From Octopus sinensis (lineage: Eukaryota): 25,042 nt of DNA. Shown piece by piece: positions 1 to 10,815 of this stretch (position 1 is its first letter; each line of letters starts with the position of its first letter). The position numbers were made by a program, and so were the translations under genes. Location: positions 1 to 25,042 of the forward strand of contig NW_021836636.1 in assembly GCF_006345805.1 (NCBI RefSeq), given 5' to 3'. The notes beneath the pieces were generated by a model. It did not search any database, had not been told where the DNA came from, and saw only the letters and a program-made list of their open reading frames with translations.

Positions 1-66
1 TGATCGCTCTCTTTTGCAAAACCGCTAGTTATGTGGGCGAAAACCGAGAAACACCGGTTATCAAGC
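1..66 (-). mobile_element. Diverged fragment of the family A SINE 3' domain
   Basis: Aligns by eye to 3580-3647 (ctctcttgccaaaccgctaagtta...ggttgtcaagc). Confidence 0.6.
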
Positions 67-117
67 TTTCAGAGACAACACACACTTACTCTCTCATGCA
101 CCACACATTCAGATATG

Positions 118-605
118 CACTTTATATATATATACATACATGTACATACATATATATATATATATAATATACATATATATGTATATCTATACATATATCT
201 ATATATATATATTATATATATATATATATCTATATATATAGATATATATATGTATGTATATATAGATATACAGACATATATATACATACATATATATATA
301 TGTATTTTATATAAATACACATATATATATACATATATATATGTATTTATATATAAATACATATATACATATATATATATGTGTGTATATATATATGTGT
401 GTATATATATATGTAAATATATATGTATATATATATATAAGGTTTATATACATCCATTATCCGGGAAACTTATATATGCCTTTATGATAACGCATTTCAT
501 TATTTACCTATTGTCGTATGATCGACACGTGTAAAAGGTGGGCAAATGTATATTAAACTCTTCGCTATTTATCTATTTGTGAATGTATGTATCGATGTAC
601 AAATG

Positions 606-648
<43 letters not shown>

Positions 649-832
649 ATCCATATTTCTCTGTATATACCAGTATGTGTACTTGAATGAACATGTGCTA
701 ATTTACATTGATATGTGTACTCTCACTGAGACACACGGACAGCATATAAAAACAGGTTTTTCTTCTGACTGAATTTCTCTGCACACATAGCCATCCATAT
801 ACACATAGGTATATAAATACCCTCACAGTTTG

Positions 833-869
<37 letters not shown>

Positions 870-876
870 ATATATA

Positions 877-909
<33 letters not shown>

Positions 910-1131
910 TATGTATACGTATTATGCTTACATACATGCATACATACACACAGATAAATATCGACACGTGCCGTTCTCTCACACATAAATGTGCTCTTCT
1001 CATACGTCATCGTTATATAGCCACACATACACACACGAACACACATGTATACGTATTCCTATATCAATGCCTGTGTGTGTGTGTGTGTATGTGTGTGTGT
1101 GTGTGTGAGAAAGAGTGCGTGTGTTGGTGTG

Positions 1132-1165
<34 letters not shown>

Positions 1166-1481
1166 CTCTCACATACAAATGTTGAAAACAAAAATGAAAG
1201 ATAACACAAAATTAGAACAGAAGACAAGAGAAAAACGAGACAACAACAACAACAGCAACAACAACGTCAACAACAACAATGTCAACAACAACAACAACAA
1301 CAACAACAACAAAGACTTTAACAACAATGACAACAATAGCAAGATGAGCAAAAATAATATAAATAATACTAATGGCAACAATAAAACAGTAACAACATAA
1401 TTGTATGCAACGCTCAGACGCCCATACACCCACACAAGCGTATAAATATGTGTGTATACGCATATATATATATATATATTA

Positions 1482-1521
<40 letters not shown>

Positions 1522-1660
1522 TTATAAATATATATATATACATCTATATATATACGTGTAAAAATAATAATAATAATATAATATAATAATAATAATGAAT
1601 GATAATAATAATGATGATGATGTTGATGATGATGATGATGAGATGATGATGATGATGCGT
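118..1660. repeat. Microsatellite cluster: degenerate (TA)n, (TG)n, (GA)n, (AAC)n, (ATA)n, (GAT)n
   Basis: Directly visible. TA at 118-445, 605-655, 833-912 and 1460-1555; AAC at 1238-1400; GAT at ~1600-1656. Confidence 0.95.
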
Positions 1661-1789
1661 CTGCGTGGTATATAACATGATTTTTGTTGATGTCGTGTCG
1701 CTCTATTTCCGGTTCCGTTGTGGAACGTGACATAAGTGAAGTGAAATCCAGCTAAGGAATCCCGATGTATCACGGTCTACATTTCTTAT

Positions 1790-2600
1790 TTCTCACCTTC
1801 ATCCCTCTCTTCTTCATCTATCTCTCTCTCGCTCTCAAACATACACACATTCTCCCTCTCCCCCTCTCTCTCTCAGTCTCTCTCTCTTTCTCTCTCTCTC
1901 TCTATCTCCCCTGCTCTCACTCACCCTCCTTTCTTTCATACTCTCTCTTAATCTCCCTGTTTCTCTCGCTTGCTCTCTCTGTCTTCAGCGTCCAGGCTCT
2001 TCCTCCCTCTCTCTCCCTCTGTCTTTGTCTCTATTTCTCACTCTCTTGACTCCTTTGTCTTTCTCTCTCTGTCTCTCTTTTCGTTCCTCTCACTTATCGC
2101 TTTTCTTTCTCTTTCATTCCCTCATGGTCTCTCCCTTTCTCATAAACCTCGTTTACTCATTAACTACCCCATCCCCAGTTGCCTCCTTTTATACACAAAC
2201 GTCTTTCTTTCTCCCTCTTCCCCCACCTCATTTGCTGCCACTCTCCCCATAGTCTCTCACTTCGCTGTCTCTCTCTCTCTCTCTCCGTCACATTCTCTCT
2301 ATCTCTCGGCTTACCACTCTCTTTTTTCTCTTTCTCACATCACCCTCTCTCTTTCTCTGTTTCGCTATCTCTCTCTTTCTCTTTCTTTCTCTCTCTCTCT
2401 GTCTTTCTCTCTCTCTCACAAGCATACTTTCATAACTTCTTCTCATACACACATACACACGCACACACTTTCTCTCTTTTTCTCTCTCTCTCTTTTCTCT
2501 CTTTTTCTCTTTCTCTCTCTCTTTCTCTCTTTTTCTCTCTCCCTTTCTCTCTTTTTCTCTCTTTCTTTCTTTCTTTCTCTCTGTTTTTCCTACACTCACA
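1790..2600. repeat. Pyrimidine-rich (CT)n-type low-complexity tract
   Basis: Directly visible. Confidence 0.95.
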
Positions 2601-3683
2601 CCTGTCGTCTGCTAGCGCTCTCCCACACTTCATTGTCAATAACGTCGCCATGTTTTCCATCCAGTCTACACATTGCCACCATCATTGTTATGATTATTAA
2701 ACTAGTTATTTTCTCTTTTTCCATTTTAATGAAAACAATTCTACTTTCATCTCACCACTCTCACCCCGCTATCATTATTTCAGATCATCAATAAAGTTTA
2801 AATTATCTAATTATCTTTCATTTCTCCCTTTCACGTAAACCAAGGTTTCTTAAGCTGGAATAAATTTTTCCTACTCGGTAGGTAATTTTGCTGACACCGA
2901 ATTTGCACTTATTCTTTTTGCGTATTATTATTTCTAAAATATCTAAGCTTGAGTAGAATATTCGAAATAGACCTACTTTGTGAAAAATACTCAATTTTTT
3001 TCTTTTGCCCACTTTAGATTTAATGATCTGTATACTTCTTAATTATTGTGTTGTAAATGAAGTAGTCTTATTGGAGAGATTTTGTTTGCACCTGGTTTCT
3101 GTTCATCATTAGTTCATAAATACATAAAATAAGAATGTTTTGTGTTATTTGTATTGTTATTTTTATTTTAAATGAAGAATTTTTAAAATCAGTATTTTTA
3201 TATTTTCGCATTTTTCGGTTGTTTTATTATGGTAAAAGTGTAAATTCAGTCTGTATTTAGAGTTGTTTTATTTTCAATGTATTAAACAACGACCTCTGTA
3301 TTTATTCTTCTGCATAGCGACAACGAGGGAACGTCAGCGTCATCATTTGACTGTGTAGAAATAACAGTTAAATCACCTTCACATCACGCCCCACCGAATC
3401 TGCTGTTCAGTTAAACTTATTATGAAAGAGAAAACGCTAGAAGAATGTATTTAACACATATTTACTGTTTTCTTTTCTTTTATTTGTTTCAGTCATTTGA
3501 CTAAGGCCATGCTGCAGCACCACTTTTAGTCAACCAAATCGACCCCAGAACTTATTCTTTGTAAGCTCAGAATTTATTGTATCGGTCTCTCTTGCCAAAC
3601 CGCTAAGTTACAGGGACGTAAACACACCAGCATCGGTTGTCAAGCGATGTTGGGGAGGGGGCCAAGCACAGACACAAACATAT

Positions 3684-3727
<44 letters not shown>

Positions 3728-3728
<1 letters not shown>

Positions 3729-4457
3729 GTTAATAATAAAAGGGTAAAACTAATTAATTATTGATTAATTTTACCAAGTAGTGTTCGGGAAGTAAAAAGA
3801 CCATTTACGGTATATTTGAAACATTACGTTATAAAAATAGGGTTCAGTAAAATAATTTACTTTACCACACACCGAACTTTTTAGAAATACCAGCCAAAAA
3901 TCTTAGTTATTTCTTCTACTGTAAGAAAAATCTCCCAGACAATGCATACTCAAAAATAACTCACACAGGTATAGAGGGAAAAATGACGAAAGATCACACG
4001 TATATAAGATTACCTGAGAACGGCCCGTTTCTGGATTAGTTGAATATAAAGATCAACATTTCCTTCGTCAGCTCAAAGATTTCTCATGATTTGAATTTGA
4101 GAGCACTAAAAATCGAACATACCCGTCTGGTATGAGTAATCCCAGACAAACCATATCCGACCGCCAGTACCAACGACTTCAAAAATACAAGTGAGGCCTC
4201 GCATTCATCCCCATCCTCCCACGTGAGTTAGAGAGTGATACATTCCTACAGAGGGAACTGTAGTTACATTTCAGGGAGAGAAAATTATATTGTCAATGAT
4301 AAAAGGGTAAAACTAATTAATTATTTTTGAGTATGCATTGTCTGGGAGATTTTTCTTACAGTAGAAGAAATAGCTAAGATTTTTGGCTGGTATTTCTAAA
4401 AAGTTCGGTGTGTGGTAAAGTAAATTATTTTACTGAACCCTATTTTTATAACGTAAT
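3728..4457 (-). mobile_element. Non-coding hammerhead-bearing element (PLE pLTR derivative or retrozyme-like) with 5' inversion
   Basis: 137-bp inverted repeat at 3823-3959 and 4321-4457 (1 mismatch). 27-bp direct repeat at 3736-3762 and 4299-4325. Hammerhead at 4013-4077. (TA)n on both sides and no ORF. Confidence 0.78.
4013..4077 (-). ncRNA. Type I hammerhead ribozyme (one mismatch at the base of stem II)
   Basis: Minus strand reads UUUGAG-CUGACGA-A-GGA-AAU-GUUGA-[9 nt]-UCAAC-UAA-UCC-A-GAAA-CGGGCCG-UU-CUCAGG. Stem I has 4 WC and 2 GU pairs. Stem III is the near-palindrome ACGG-G-CCGU. The triplet is GUU and there is an A-A mismatch closing stem II. Confidence 0.72.
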
Positions 4458-4739
4458 ATATATATATATGACGGGCTTCTTTCAGTTTCCGTCTACCAAA
4501 TCCACTCACAAGGCTTTGGTCGGCCCGAGGCTATAGTAGGAGATATTTTCCCAAGGTGCCACACAGAGAAAACGCTAGAAGAATGTATTTAACACATATT
4601 TACTGTGGTGTTGGTGAGCAAGCTACTTACCACACAGCCACTCCTGCGCCTATAGGTTTGACGGATCAGGATGAAATCGGGGTAACATACATCAGCAACA
4701 GTAGTAGCAGCTGCTAGAACATAAACAACATCTGATCTT

Positions 4740-4812
4740 CCTCCTTTTCATCATAATCATCATCATCATCATCGTCATCGTCATCATCAACATCATCATC
4801 GCATTTTATTTG

Positions 4813-4869
<57 letters not shown>

Positions 4870-4909
4870 GTACTATTACTGATGCTACTGTTGCTGTTGC
4901 TGCTGCTAT

Positions 4910-4946
<37 letters not shown>

Positions 4947-4985
4947 GTTGCTGATGCTACTACTACTACTACTACTACTGGTTGA
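4740..4985. repeat. (CAT)n followed by (CTA/CTG)n trinucleotide tract
   Basis: Directly visible. Confidence 0.95.
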
Positions 4986-6217
4986 TACAGTGCCTGTGGT
5001 TGTATGGTGCTTGGACTATCTTTGCTTGTATGTGAACTTTGCATTGCTCCTTGTTCTCTAGTTACAGATGTTGGTAGTCTTTAATTTACCTCCATCCTAC
5101 CAACAACTTTAATGTCTCTAACTAACTCCCAACAAAGAAACTAATATATAGTCAATCGACCTTGTATAAATAACAGTCAAACCTTCCTCGAATCTCACCA
5201 CAACAGCATTAAAAATGGTAAGATATAATACATTAATAACATAATCCCACGTAACCCCACTAAGACAAAATGACCAAAAACGAAATACTCTTCATTGCTT
5301 TTTTCTGCTCGAGCAGGCTTCATTTGGAAGTTTGCGGTAACAACAATAATCTATGTAGTTTGAGATGCCCTCAAAAATCTTTCCCCTGATAATATTTTGT
5401 TCAGATGCTAAAAATTTCTTTATTTTGAATAGAAGTACGGTGCCTTATTGTTCATCTTGGCAATTCCTACCTATAACTTTTGGCTTATTCTACACTTTCA
5501 TCTTTAGTTTCCCTCTGAGATCTGTTTCACATTCATGTTTACTCTCATGTTAGTTTGCATAGTATTATTTTAAACCAGGAAGACTGTAGCTGAGAAATAT
5601 GTATGTAGTATAGAAACGTATTGCACTCAAATTCATATATCGTATTTCTATTCTATTCACAAGTCTTAGGGAACAAAGTTTGGGCCATTATGTAGGATGT
5701 TTTCATTTTTAACAAGTAAAAGCTTATTTCTTTAAGATCATACAGTAGATTTCCAGGTTAGTTATTCGCATTCTTCATATTTCACATGTCTTATTATCCT
5801 TGAAACCGTATGTCGATGAAAACGAAGTTTTTCGTACAGTTCATCATTTTCTGGCGGGTCTGAACTTGTCTGCTAGTGATTTGATATGAGATATTTTAAG
5901 TATTTACTCGTTGTGGCCATTCTGATTTTCAAAGAGGATATTTGCTGTATATTATTAATAACATGGGGCCAAAAGCAATATCACTCTACTCTTAAGTTAA
6001 ACTTTTAATCACACAAGTATCCTTCAGCATTTTCATCCGCTACTTTCAACGTAACACATTGGGACACCTTAAAACTCATGAAATCCAACGAATCGGCAAG
6101 CTGTGGATATGAATTAGACACTAAACACCCTGTGGCTTCTCAAGCATTGGCTACATAGATGTTTAAACAGTAAGCACCAAAATGCTGTTTCTACTCAATC
6201 AGCATGGGTATATCTAT

Positions 6218-6674
6218 TTCTTTACTACCCACAAGGGGCTAAACACAGAGGGAACAAACAAGGACAGACAAACGGATTAAGTCGATTACATCGATCCCAG
6301 TGCGTAACTGGTACTTAATTTATCGACCCCGAAAGTCGACCTCGGCTAAATTTCAACTCAGAACGTAGCGGCAGACGAAATACATATTTCTTTACTATCC
6401 ACAAGGGGCTAAACACAGAAGGGACAAACAAGGACAGACAAACGGATTAAGTCGATTATATCGACCCCAGTGCGTAACTGGTACTTAATTTATCAACCCC
6501 GAAAGGATGAAAGGCAAAGTCGACTTCGGTGGAATTTGAACTCAGAATGTAACGGCAGACGAAATACGGCTAGGCAAAGTCGACCTCGGCGGAATTTGAA
6601 CTCAGAATGTAACGTCAGACGAAATACGGCTACGCATTTCGCCCGGCGTGCTAACGATTCTGCCTGCTCGTCGC
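6218..6674 (-). mobile_element. tRNA-derived SINE (family M, central GCCTTTCATCCTTTCGGGGTCGATAAA domain), dimeric, with 15-bp target-site duplication
   Basis: Head at 6632-6674 and B box GAGTTCAAATTCC. A second, 5'-truncated unit lies at 6218-6384. CATGGGTATATCTAT flanks both ends (6203-6217 and 6675-6689). The central domain resembles Meta-type SINE cores from memory (unverified). Confidence 0.9.
6512..6631. repeat. 60-bp tandem duplication inside the SINE
   Basis: 6512-6571 and 6572-6631 differ at 3 positions. Confidence 0.9.
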
Positions 6675-7499
6675 CATGGGTATATCTATCTAGTCAACAC
6701 CGAAAATCTGTGTCTAACCAAATAACACCAATAGCGTTTATCAAATCCAAGCCAACAGTCTGCTAATCCAGTATCTATATACTGCTTGTGTCTAGCCTAT
6801 AATATACTGTGTCCAGCGAGAGGACGTTTGTTTCCAATATATTTATCGTGTCACTGTAATCATCGGTAGTGTGTAGTTTTTCGATCGAGAAAGTTTTGTC
6901 TCTCTTCGGTTGACCTCGAGAAACCAGTGCATCCTCAATAGACATCCGGAGATCCATCGCCTGTGTCTATCTAATTAACAAACACGGTGACCAAACAATA
7001 GAAATCTACCAAATTATATTGAGAAGGCTAAAGGTTACAGTATTATGAAAAACCTCGACAGAGAACATTAAAATAAAGCATCGGTCTGCGATATCACACA
7101 CTTGTCTCTCTGATTTTCAGCTGAAATGTCGAAGGTTATCATACTTAACTATAGTGCTCGTAAGCCGTATTTCTGTATGATATCTCGTTAAAGGGCATTG
7201 CTTTTCTAAATATCTTCTTTTCAATCATTTTAGTTTCGACAAGGAACCAATTCTGATCTCTGTAGTCATCTGCACGGAACCGTTAGATGATCTTATTAAA
7301 GGTTTTTCTCTCTTTCGATGTTAAAAGCCAAAGGTTCTAAAGACACCGAGATAAATTCTTGTAGTTCTAGAGAATGCTGATATACATCTGGGTGTAAGGT
7401 TAGTTGAGGTCGGAGAAGATGAGGCTGAAGCTGGAAGAGAGAAAGAAATTGAGGAAGAGATGTGAAAGAAGAAGAAAATAATTAGAAGATTCAAGGAGA

Positions 7500-8400
7500 A
7501 ATTACAACAACATTATTAGTATTAATAATGCTAATGAGAGTAGTAGTAGTGGTAATAGTAGTAGATATAGTAGTAGTAGCAGCTGCAACGTTGGTGATTG
7601 TGATGGTGGTGGTGGTACAGCAGCAGTAGCAGTAGTAGTAGAGGTAGTAGCAGTAGCTGGTATATTGATGTTGGTTGAAATAGCAAATAAGCAGAGAGAG
7701 AGAGACAGACAGAGAGAGAAAGAGAGAGAGGGAGAAAGAGAAAGAGACAGGGAGAAAGAGAGAGAGAGAAAGAGATAGATAGAGAGAAAGTAAGAAAAGA
7801 GAGAGAAAGAGAAAAGAGAGAGAAAGAAAAGAGAGAGAGAAAGAGAAAAGTGAGAAAGAAAAGAGAGAATGAAAGAAAACAAGACAAAGAGAAAGTGAAA
7901 GAGGGAGAGAAAGAAAGAGGGAGAGAAAGAAAAGAGAGAGAGAAAGAGAAAAGTGAGAAAGAAAAGAGAGATAGAAAGAAAACAAGACAAAGAGAAAGTG
8001 AAAGAGGGAGAGAAAGAAAGAGAGAGAGAGATAGAGAGAGAAAGAAAGAGAGAGAAAGAAAAAAGGAAGGGAGGGAGGGAGAAAGAAAACAAGACAAAAA
8101 GAGAGTGAAAGAGAGAGAGAGAAATGAAAGAGAGAGAATGAGAAAAGAGAGAGAGAGTGAGGGAGGGAAAGAAAACAAAGCAAAGAGAGAGCGAAAGAGG
8201 GAGAGAGAAAAGAGAGAGAGGGAATTGTGAAGATGGTAAAGAGGAAAAAGCATAGGAAGAAAAGAAAGTTGGAGAAATATAAAAAAAAACGAAGAAAAAG
8301 AAAGAGGAAAAAAGGAAGACAAGCAGACGAGAGGAAGGGGAAGAAAAGAATGGGTGGGGGAAGAGAAGAGGGAAGAGGGAGAAAGAGAAGGGGGGGATAA
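7500..8400. repeat. (GTA/GCA)n tract then GA-rich purine tract with a ~103-bp higher-order duplication (7818-7918 and 7921-8021)
   Basis: AAAGAAAACAAGACAAAGAGAAAGTGAAAGAGGGAG recurs at ~7872 and ~7975, with a diverged third copy at ~8081. Confidence 0.9.
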
Positions 8401-9052
8401 ATAGTGCCAAAAAATTTGAAGAAATTGAACAAAACCATAGCAACACGCAAACGCACACGCATAATACCACACACATACACACATACATTAATGTAGCCAC
8501 CCAGATGTGTTCTGTTTGATTCCTCCCCTCCACCCAGCACAATATCTTCGGGTACTATGTCTTTACTTCTACTGCTCTCTGCTGTCACTTGTTCCTCTCG
8601 TCATTCGTTCGCTTCCTTCAACAATTCTCTCCTTCCTCAACTTATACTCTCACTCTCTCTTTTCTCCATCATAGTGCCGCCAGAGCCCTCTGGTGGTGCG
8701 AGATACACACCAACGTCATTGCTGCTATGATTTATAATTAAGGGTTCCCAGAGCATTCGATTAAATCGCTGCTGGGTCTTGAGAGATTGGTGAATCAAAC
8801 TTCGGATCGGGAGGACAGTGTTCTTGCTGCGGTGATCTCGCTGAAGCTGGTACCACGATGAAATAAACCCGGTGTAAACCGAAAAATGTTGTTATAATGA
8901 AGGGCATCTGAGTGTAGACGTCATATGAAAAACTGGGAAATATAAAGTAGCACTGATTACCCCGCCCAAAACACTCACAAGAGTGACCGGTAATGGCCAG
9001 TAATGACCTGTCCAGACCATTTCAGAGAAAAAAGTGGATACACACAAATAAA

Positions 9053-9123
9053 GCCCGGTCTGGGAATCGAAACCGCGATCCTACGACCGCGAGTCCGCTG
9101 CCCTAACCATTGGACCATTGCGC

Positions 9124-9125
<2 letters not shown>
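9053..9125 (-). mobile_element. Isolated tRNA-like SINE head
   Basis: Minus strand reads GGCGCAATGGTCCAATGGTTAGGGCAGCGGACTCGCGGTCGTAGGATCGCGGTTTCGATTCCCAGACCGGGC. It has A-box and B-box-like motifs but no clean acceptor stem. Confidence 0.75.
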
Positions 9126-9172
<47 letters not shown>

Positions 9173-9189
9173 GATATAGATATATAAAT

Positions 9190-9245
<56 letters not shown>

Positions 9246-10058
9246 GCGAGAAAGAAGCAACAAGAATGGATAGGTTTTTAGTACAATCGTTTCATACAAG
9301 GACAGGCTTTATTAAAAGTTGCAAAAATTACAGCATATAAACGTGTCCCGTACTCATCAGCTAAAATACATGTGAGTTCTCTAGACATCCTAGTGGTTGA
9401 GGCTATACTCATGAAGTAATGTAGATAATTAAGTAACATAAACAGATTTACAAAGTTCATTAAAGTTCTTTAAAGATGATGTACAGTCTTATCACAGAAT
9501 TTTAAAAAAGTTTTAATAGCATCACAGAGAAGGTGACCTAATCCATAGTGCACATATGAATTTCATTAGAGATGAGGAGGGATTACATACTCACAGACGA
9601 CAAATTTATCCATTGTTAATCACAACGAGGTGGGTCTCAATTCCTGCTTATTAGCATTACAGAGAGGGTGATTAATCCTTTGTATAGATGCACAATTTCC
9701 AATGGTGTAGATGTAAATTTCCAGAGAAATGAAGAGGAATTTCATATTCACAGCGATAAATTTATCAATGGTTGAACACAATGAGGTAGGTATCAATTCT
9801 TGTTATATGATTAGGTATTTGCCACATTAATCACATTACTGCTATTTACAAGAGGCTGTAGCTATTTAACTTTTAAAGGCTGAAGGGCTTTCTATAGAGA
9901 GGCAAAGAACAGAAAAGGGAAGGGAAGAGAAGAAAAGAGAGAAAATAAAGGAGGAGGGAGCAAAAAGGGGGGGACTAAAAGAGAAGAGAAAAGGAAAAAG
10001 AGAATAAGAAGAGAAAAAGAAAAGAGAAAAGAGAAAGAAATAGGGAAGAAGGGAAAAA
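9246..10058 (-). repeat. 3' pseudo-LTR of the PLE (left arm of the inverted repeat)
   Basis: Reverse complement of 13670-14485 along its whole length, with scattered small indels. GCGAGAAAGAAGCAACAAG at 9246 matches CTTGTTGCTTCTTTCTCGC ending at 14485. The inner end is a purine tract. Confidence 0.93.
9276..9366 (-). ncRNA. Type I hammerhead ribozyme in the 3' pLTR (sense to the RT ORF)
   Basis: Minus strand reads UUUUAG-CUGAUGA-GUACGGGAC-[41-nt loop]-GUCCUUGUAU-GAAA-C-GAUU-G-UA-CUAAAA. Stem I is UUUUAG/CUAAAA (6 bp). Stem II is 9 bp with wobbles and one bulge. Stem III is minimal and the cleavage triplet is GUA. Confidence 0.85.
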
Positions 10059-10815
10059 AAAAAAAGAAAAAAAGAGGGTTCTAGTTATACAGAAGAATTA
10101 GTAGACGGCAAGTCTGGTTTTAATTTACAGGCATCTAGGAACTAGAGGAGAATATTATTCTTTGACCAGTAAAACAGCTAATTTATTGCTGTTGAAATCA
10201 GCTATGAATTTAAAGAGAATCTAAAGAGATAACACGGTCAGGGGTTTAGGGGTCAGAGCTAAAATCAAAAGAAAATACATTAGGAAAATCTAAGTATAAT
10301 CTTATCAAAAGTCATTAAAATTTATTTATTTTTATTTTTTATTCATTTTATTGTCTTAAGGAGTTGCCGTTATTATTCATACATTGACGGACTACAGGTC
10401 AAATCTTAGAAGATCATTTACAAGGTGTTAGGGAATTGTCTATCATAATGAAGATAATCATATTATCACCGAGGGAGTAGCCTTATTTATTTAATTTTGA
10501 AATAGAATTATGGGGCTTTAGTAACTCATTTTATTTTATTAAAGTTATGCTACTTAAATTAGATTAAGTTAAGAATTAAAATTAAAAATTACAATTAAGA
10601 TTTAAAATTAAGATTTAAAATTATGAGTTTGAAATTAAATAACCTCAATTAAGCAGCGTATAAGTACTATTCATTTCCCTGTTCTCAAAAAACTGATGCA
10701 GATATAAGGAAAAGATAACTGTAGTGTGAGAACTCTTAGTTATCTACTTAAAGCAGTGCTATACTAGTAAAAATCAAGTTATATCTATCTATCTATCTAG
10801 TTACGAATATTCTAA

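Larger units (their letters stand above)
3469..4651 (-). mobile_element. tRNA-derived SINE (family A: head, internal microsatellite, 3' domain), interrupted by the 3728-4457 element
   Basis: The head (4470-4651) and 3' part (3469-3680) match the uninterrupted copy at 24133-24509. A-rich tail at 3469-3483. Confidence 0.88.

Noticed and set aside
31-2794. About 20 track ORFs (YI, VC, N, L and SL-rich)
   Set aside because: They are translations of TA, TG, AAC and CT microsatellites, which lack stop codons.
2818-3300. 64-aa minus ORF and surrounding AT-rich stretch as a transposon remnant
   Set aside because: Many stops and no recognisable motif.
6512-6631. CRISPR-like array (also the 23-bp tandem at ~16991-17036)
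   Set aside because: Only two units, no spacers, eukaryotic context.
6700-7400. Possible decayed RTE-type LINE (SRGQPKR... in ORF 6775-6957)
   Set aside because: Only weak motif resemblance with no catalytic motif. It would need a TBLASTX/Repbase hit.
1790-8400. CT tract (1790-2600) and GA tract (7690-8400) as arms of a large inverted repeat
   Set aside because: They are complementary only in composition, with no shared unique sequence register.
4796-8588. Poly-L, poly-V, 365/346/317-aa FLS-rich and RE-rich ORFs
   Set aside because: Simple-repeat artefacts; all frames are open across the CT/GA and CTA tracts.
9053-9125. tRNA gene (also the heads at 21115, 22747 and 23711)
   Set aside because: They have A and B boxes but no complete cloverleaf, and the longer ones continue into SINE bodies.
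10236-10256. Telomere-template-like CTGACCCCTAAACCCCTGACC in the PLE UTR
   Set aside because: Short, not a true TTAGGG register, and plausible by chance. The element has its own endonuclease.
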